The notes beneath the pieces were generated by a model. That model saw nothing but the letters and a program-made list of their open reading frames with translations. It made no database searches and was not told the DNA's origin. A program made the position numbers and the translations under genes. From the sequence record DRR723986_3489: 20,000 nucleotides of DNA; one strand, 5' to 3'. Positions 15,219 to 20,000 of the stretch are shown piece by piece (position 1 is the first letter of the stretch; every line of letters starts with the position of its first letter).

Positions 15219-17825
15219 TTATGTTTCAATTTTCTTTTTGATCTCATGCAATTTTAAGAGTGCTTCAATCGGAGAAATTGCGTTAATATCTATTCCCTCA
15301 ATCAGCTCTTTTGCTTCCTTCATCTTTGGATCCATCTCGAACATGCTTAGCTGATAATTATTTTTAGGAATGGATTTAACATTTTCCTTTTGCTCCGCCA
15401 TAGCCTTGTCCTTCTCCAAGTGCGACATAATCTCAGCTGCCCTCAACACTATAGGATTAGGCATTCCCGCCATTTGGGCCACATGGATACCAAAGCTGTG
15501 CTCGCTACCTCCTTGTTTCAGTTTACGCATGAAAATCACCTTGTTTCCAACTTCCTTTACCGAGACATTGAAATTCTTGATTTTGGGGAAGTCAGAAGCC
15601 AATTGATTTAATTCATGGTAATGCGTTGCAAAAAGTGTCTTTGCCCGGAAGGTAGGGTGGTTGTGCAAGTACTCCACGATAGACCAAGCAATGGAAATCC
15701 CATCGTAAGTTGACGTTCCCCTTCCGATTTCATCCATCAGAACCAGACTTCTATCTGATAGATTATTTAGAATACTTGCCGTCTCGGTCATCTCCACCAT
15801 AAAGGTCGATTCTCCCTTAGAGAGATTATCCGATGCACCTACACGCGTAAAAACCTTATCGATAATACCTATTCTCGCGAAGGACGCAGGTACAAAACTA
15901 CCCATTTGAGCCATCAGCACTGTGAGAGCCGTTTGACGCAACAGAGCGGATTTACCAGCCATATTAGGACCTGTGATAATCATGATCTGCTGAGAATCAT
16001 GATCCAGATAAATGTCGTTCGGAACGTAATTTTCGCCTGGAGGCAGCTGTTTTTCAATTACTGGATGACGGCCATCTTTGATTTCGAGTGTTTCTGTTTC
16101 GGAAATTTTTGGTCTGCAATACCCGTTGGAAAGTGCAACTTGGGCAAAGGAAAGTAACACATCCAGTGTTCCTAGCACTCGAGCATTCTGTTGAATTTGC
16201 GTTACATATTGAGCGGTCTCTTGTACCAATGCCAAGAAAAATCGCTGCTCAATCGCAATCATTTTATCTTCTGCATTCAGGATCTTGTCCTCGTATTCTT
16301 TCAATTCTGGAGTGATGTATCGCTCCGCATTCACTAGCGTTTGCTTACGAATCCACTCCGCAGGAACTTTGTCTTTGTGAGCGTTACTAACTTCCAGATA
16401 ATACCCAAAAACCTTGTTGAAAGCAATTTTCAAAGAAGTAATTCCTGTTTTCTGAACTTCCCGCTGCTGGATTTGCACCAAAAAATCCTTACCTGTATTC
16501 GCTAGACCTCTATATTCATCTAATTCCGAATCTACACCGTCATTAATTATTCCACCTTGGTGAGTGAGCATGGGCGCATCTTCCTTGAGCTCTGTATTAA
16601 TCTTTTCCAGTAAGAACTCACAAGGGTGCAGCTGATCCGAAAGCCTTTTTAGGGTAGGGTTCTTTTGGTTTTTTAGAAGCTCTTTAATCGGCTGAATGTT
16701 AATCAGCGCACGTTTGATCTGATTGATCTCACGGGGATTTGCACGACCTACAACTACCTTAGAAATCAATCGCTCCAGATCGCCGATATGCTTTAGTGGA
16801 TCGACCATTTCATCTATCAGAGCAGAATTTTGGTAGAAAAATTCGACTACGTTCTGACGCTCCACGATGGCTGCTTTCTCCTTTAGCGGTAGCACCATCC
16901 ATTTTTTCATCATTCTAGAGCCCATGGGCGTCACCGTCTGATCCAGGATATTGATCAAAGGAATACCGCCTTCGTGCTGAGGGAAAACCAATTCTAGGTT
17001 TCGAATGGTGAATTTGTCCAACCAGACATATTTTTCCTCTGCTATTCTTGAAATCGAAGAAATATGCTGAATCTCCTTGTGCTCAGTTTCTTCCAGATAA
17101 TACAAAATCGCACCCGCTGCTACGATCCCCATTTCCAGCTCTTCTACACCAAACCCTTTAAGGTTAGCAGTTCCAAAATGGGTCTTTAGTTTTTCATACG
17201 TGAAGTCATATTGATACACCCAATCCTCACAGTGAAATGTGATAAAATCATTCTTTAATAGGTCTGAAGCAGCTTTTTTAGCAGTTTTGGAAAATATAAT
17301 TTCTGCTGGAGCAAAGCTTTGTATCAGTTTTTCTAGATAAGAAGCAGAGCCTTCCGCACACATAAATTCACCCGTAGAAAGATCCAGAAATGCGATTCCA
17401 TGCTTGTCCTTTCCAAAATAAATTGAAGCGAGGTAATTGTTTTTTTTCGTGTCTAACACCTGGTCATTAAATGAAAGACCTGGTGTCACCAATTCTGTAA
17501 CTCCACGCTTCACGATTCCTTTTACCGACTTTGGATCTTCGAGCTGATCACAGATAGCGACACGATTTCCTGCACGGACTAATTTCGGTAGATACGTATC
17601 CAAAGAATGGTGAGGAAAACCAGCAAGCTCAATATGAGATGCGGAACCGTTAGCTCTTTTGGTCAACACGATATCCAGAATTTTGCTGGCACGAACGGCA
17701 TCTTCACCGAAAGTCTCATAAAAATCCCCAACCCGAAACAGCAATAACGCACCAGGATGCTTGGCTTTGATCGCATTGTACTGCTTCATTAAAGGCGTTT
17801 CTTTGCCGTCTTTAGACTTACTCAT
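15219..17825 (-). CDS. mutS: DNA mismatch repair protein MutS
   Basis: TPLMKQY, FRVGDFYETF, ITGPNMAGKS, STFMVEM, MDEIGRGTST, FATHYHEL, SFGIHVAQMAG. Confidence 0.99.
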   Translation of the reverse strand: MSKSKDGKETPLMKQYNAIKAKHPGALLLFRVGDFYETFGEDAVRASKILDIVLTKRANGSASHIELAGFPHHSLDTYLPKLVRAGNRVAICDQLEDPKSVKGIVKRGVTELVTPGLSFNDQVLDTKKNNYLASIYFGKDKHGIAFLDLSTGEFMCAEGSASYLEKLIQSFAPAEIIFSKTAKKAASDLLKNDFITFHCEDWVYQYDFTYEKLKTHFGTANLKGFGVEELEMGIVAAGAILYYLEETEHKEIQHISSISRIAEEKYVWLDKFTIRNLELVFPQHEGGIPLINILDQTVTPMGSRMMKKWMVLPLKEKAAIVERQNVVEFFYQNSALIDEMVDPLKHIGDLERLISKVVVGRANPREINQIKRALINIQPIKELLKNQKNPTLKRLSDQLHPCEFLLEKINTELKEDAPMLTHQGGIINDGVDSELDEYRGLANTGKDFLVQIQQREVQKTGITSLKIAFNKVFGYYLEVSNAHKDKVPAEWIRKQTLVNAERYITPELKEYEDKILNAEDKMIAIEQRFFLALVQETAQYVTQIQQNARVLGTLDVLLSFAQVALSNGYCRPKISETETLEIKDGRHPVIEKQLPPGENYVPNDIYLDHDSQQIMIITGPNMAGKSALLRQTALTVLMAQMGSFVPASFARIGIIDKVFTRVGASDNLSKGESTFMVEMTETASILNNLSDRSLVLMDEIGRGTSTYDGISIAWSIVEYLHNHPTFRAKTLFATHYHELNQLASDFPKIKNFNVSVKEVGNKVIFMRKLKQGGSEHSFGIHVAQMAGMPNPIVLRAAEIMSHLEKDKAMAEQKENVKSIPKNNYQLSMFEMDPKMKEAKELIEGIDINAISPIEALLKLHEIKKKIET

Positions 17826-17835
17826 GGGGTATGCT

Positions 17836-17843
17836 TACTTTTG
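17836..17843 (+). promoter_or_regulatory. Bacteroidota -7 element (TACTTTTG) for the TrmH gene
   Basis: Exact TAnnTTTG match about 70 nt upstream of ATG 17915. Confidence 0.45.
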
Positions 17844-17914
17844 TACGTAATTTCGAAAATTCACTCTGGGAATAAAGTCGAAAATAAGCCATTCATAAAG
17901 CAGAACAAAAAAGC

Positions 17915-18448
17915 ATGAAAAAATTAAGCATGGAAGAGCTCGAAAGAGTGTCAGTCGAGGAGTTTAAAGAAATGGATAAATCGCCTATTGTGCTCGTTTT
18001 GGACAATGTTCGCAGCTTAAATAACGTGGGTTCTGCTTTCAGAACAGGAGATGCATTTGGTGTAGAAAAAATTTACCTCTGCGGAATTACAGGTACTCCA
18101 CCTCATCGTGATATTCAGAAAACTGCTTTGGGTGCAACCGAATCAGTGGAATGGGAATATTGTCTCAATACTATGCTGGCAATGGATAAATTAAAATCTG
18201 AAGGCTATCAAATATGTGCACTTGAACAAGTAGATCGCTCGGTGATGTTGAATGAATTTATTCCCGAAAAAGGAAAAAAATACGCGTTGGTGTTCGGAAA
18301 TGAGGTTTTTGGGGTAGAAGAAGAAGTGCTTAATGCATGTGATGCGGTGTTGGAAATCCCACAATTGGGTACTAAGCACTCTTTGAATATTTCCGTTTCG
18401 CTAGGAATAGCGGTTTGGGATTTGATGGTGAAAATGGAGCAGTTTTAG
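17915..18448 (+). CDS. TrmH/SpoU family RNA methyltransferase
   Basis: VLDNVRSLNNVGSAFRT, LVFGNEVFGV and IPQLGTKHSLNISVS SPOUT motifs. Confidence 0.95.
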   Translation: MKKLSMEELERVSVEEFKEMDKSPIVLVLDNVRSLNNVGSAFRTGDAFGVEKIYLCGITGTPPHRDIQKTALGATESVEWEYCLNTMLAMDKLKSEGYQICALEQVDRSVMLNEFIPEKGKKYALVFGNEVFGVEEEVLNACDAVLEIPQLGTKHSLNISVSLGIAVWDLMVKMEQF

Positions 18449-18858
18449 TTTTTGGCGAAACGGTATCGAATACCAAAGGACCCTCGGAATAAGGAATCAT
18501 CACTAAAACCTAAAATTGGAGCTCCTTCTATATGGAAGCCAAAGTCCTTTTGATCGAAAGGATAAATATTTAACCCCACAGGAATTACTATTCCATCAAA
18601 ACTTCCAACTCTTAAACCTGCTCCTCCATAAAATTCAAAATTATCTTTCTTTTTAAAAATGTAGTTTGCTACAAGTTCTGCTGAAAGATCTTCAATATAT
18701 TGATCAGTCCCCAATCTAAATTCAGGTATAAATTTCTCACCAAATTGGTAATTAACTCCTAAAAAAGGGAGGTTGCTTTGGTGGAAAGTAATGGTAGTTT
18801 GTGAAAATGCGACCGATGAAAATAGGCAAAAGCAGGCAATGAGTACAATTTTTTTCAT
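18445..18858 (-). CDS. Small outer-membrane beta-barrel protein
   Basis: Signal peptide ending AFS|Q, alternating beta strands (LGVNYQF, FYGGAG, IPVGLNIYPF), C-terminal GIRYRF beta-signal. Confidence 0.75.
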   Translation of the reverse strand: MKKIVLIACFCLFSSVAFSQTTITFHQSNLPFLGVNYQFGEKFIPEFRLGTDQYIEDLSAELVANYIFKKKDNFEFYGGAGLRVGSFDGIVIPVGLNIYPFDQKDFGFHIEGAPILGFSDDSLFRGSFGIRYRFAKN

Positions 18859-18884
18859 TTGCTTAAAATTAAGTTGTCTAAAAT

Positions 18885-19340
18885 CTAAAACCCGAGATCG
18901 CTGAGTTTTACATGCGTTTTGATCATGTTTGAACTGGCTTTAGCTACCAGCTTACCTGAATCTTTAGTGATTACGGCTTCCCAATGATTTAAGTTTGCAC
19001 CAGAACGAATTAATTTGGCAGAAACTTCAAGTTTTTCACCAATTCTTGCAGATGACAAGAAATCAACGTTCAGATTGATACTGGTCATCAAAAATTCAGA
19101 ACCCGCAGCAAAGTTTGCCATTCCGATCACGTCATCCATCATCAACGAAGCTACACCACCGTGAAGAATTTTGGCAGGGTTACTCATTGCTGCAGTGACC
19201 GTGTAAGATACTTTGATATAATCCTTTTCAATTTCCAGAAGCGTTCCTCCAAGCCAGTTTCCAGCCATAGAGGGCATTTTATCTAACTTCTGACCAATTA
19301 ATTTCTTGAATTCCTCTAGCTGTGGACTTTGGTTTTTCAT
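18885..19340 (-). CDS. PaaI family hot-dog thioesterase
   Basis: NPAKILHGG...MMDD and SINLNVDFLSSA. Start is ATG 19340 or 19358. Confidence 0.92.
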   Translation of the reverse strand: MKNQSPQLEEFKKLIGQKLDKMPSMAGNWLGGTLLEIEKDYIKVSYTVTAAMSNPAKILHGGVASLMMDDVIGMANFAAGSEFLMTSINLNVDFLSSARIGEKLEVSAKLIRSGANLNHWEAVITKDSGKLVAKASSNMIKTHVKLSDLGF

Positions 19341-19344
19341 AGAG

Positions 19345-19938
19345 TTATTCCCGTTCATTTATTAATCTAAAATAGTCTTCCAATATAGTTTTTACTGCTT
19401 GCTTTTCTTTTGGTTTTGCCCACAGAGACCCCCAACCCGAACCATGATAGATTTCAAATTTAGCTTCATCTAATATCCAGGGTTCGAGATCTCTCACATA
19501 CGTTTGAAAATCAGAATTATTACTGTTTTGAAACTGAAACATTTTCTCCTTTCCTGCCTTGGAAGCTCGGATTTGCAAAGGCCACTCTAGATTAACAGGT
19601 TCTAGATATAAATATGCCTCATCTTTTTGGCTATTGAGAATTATCACTAAATCCAGCAAGGGGTCAGCCTCAGAAACTTCTCTATTCCCATGACGAAAAA
19701 GGACCATTCCCGCATCTGATCTATTTTCTCTATCATATTTAATTGCCCGCACATTCAAAAAATAAAGACGACTGGAAGAGGTCATTCGAAACGTGAGATC
19801 ATCCCCAGTGTTATTTGCTCTTTTTGAATTGAAAAAGGAAAGCAACAGCACCAAACCAATTGAGATCAGTCCAAAAATCTTTAGAATCTTGACTAATTCT
19901 GGGGTAAATACTTCGTTGGGTTTTTGCCGCTGGGGCAT
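19345..19938 (-). CDS. Hypothetical membrane-anchored protein
   Basis: 197-aa ORF with N-terminal TM (IFGLISIGLVLLLSFF), tightly packed with the PaaI gene. No family recognised. Confidence 0.75.
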   Translation of the reverse strand: MPQRQKPNEVFTPELVKILKIFGLISIGLVLLLSFFNSKRANNTGDDLTFRMTSSSRLYFLNVRAIKYDRENRSDAGMVLFRHGNREVSEADPLLDLVIILNSQKDEAYLYLEPVNLEWPLQIRASKAGKEKMFQFQNSNNSDFQTYVRDLEPWILDEAKFEIYHGSGWGSLWAKPKEKQAVKTILEDYFRLINERE

Positions 19939-19967
19939 AGGATTTCACTTTAGTGACTATATAACTA

Positions 19968-20000
19968 ATGTACATACGAACCAGCATTGATATCAATGCT
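19968..20000 (+). CDS. Possible 5' end of a LamB/YcsF (5-oxoprolinase subunit A-like) gene
   Basis: ATG at 19968 gives MYIRTSIDINA, resembling the IDxNxDxGE N-terminus of the family. Only 11 codons are visible. Confidence 0.35.
   Translation, partial: MYIRTSIDINA

Noticed and set aside
19983-20000. Perfect 18-bp palindrome AGCATTGATATCAATGCT
   Set aside because: At the window edge and probably within a coding start (SIDINA); single occurrence with no context to assess.

Overview
Bacteroidota-type chromosomal window (TAnnTTTG promoters, Bacteroidota-length SecA; Cytophagales/Cyclobacteriaceae-like by inference). Housekeeping genes (M20 amidohydrolase 5' end, SPOR lipoprotein, secA, dapF, MazG-like NTP pyrophosphohydrolase, MscS; then tRNA-Leu, tRNA-Gly, PAS-LuxR, mutS, TrmH methyltransferase, small OMP, PaaI thioesterase) flank a ~7.5 kb minus-strand module at 6471-14011. 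The module holds four genes: a secreted, C-terminally membrane-anchored TPR-CHAT (caspase-like) protease with an intact His/Cys dyad, an ECF sigma factor, a translationally coupled single-TM anti-sigma-like TPR protein, and a large uncharacterised lipoprotein. The same bipartite motif, TTGATGAC-N15/16-CGATG, lies upstream of the CHAT gene, the sigma/anti-sigma pair and the lipoprotein gene, and terminators bracket the module. The best hypothesis is a CRISPR-independent, caspase-like-protease-gated trans-envelope ECF signalling circuit whose promoter and output gene can be read from the sequence. The function is inferred, not shown.
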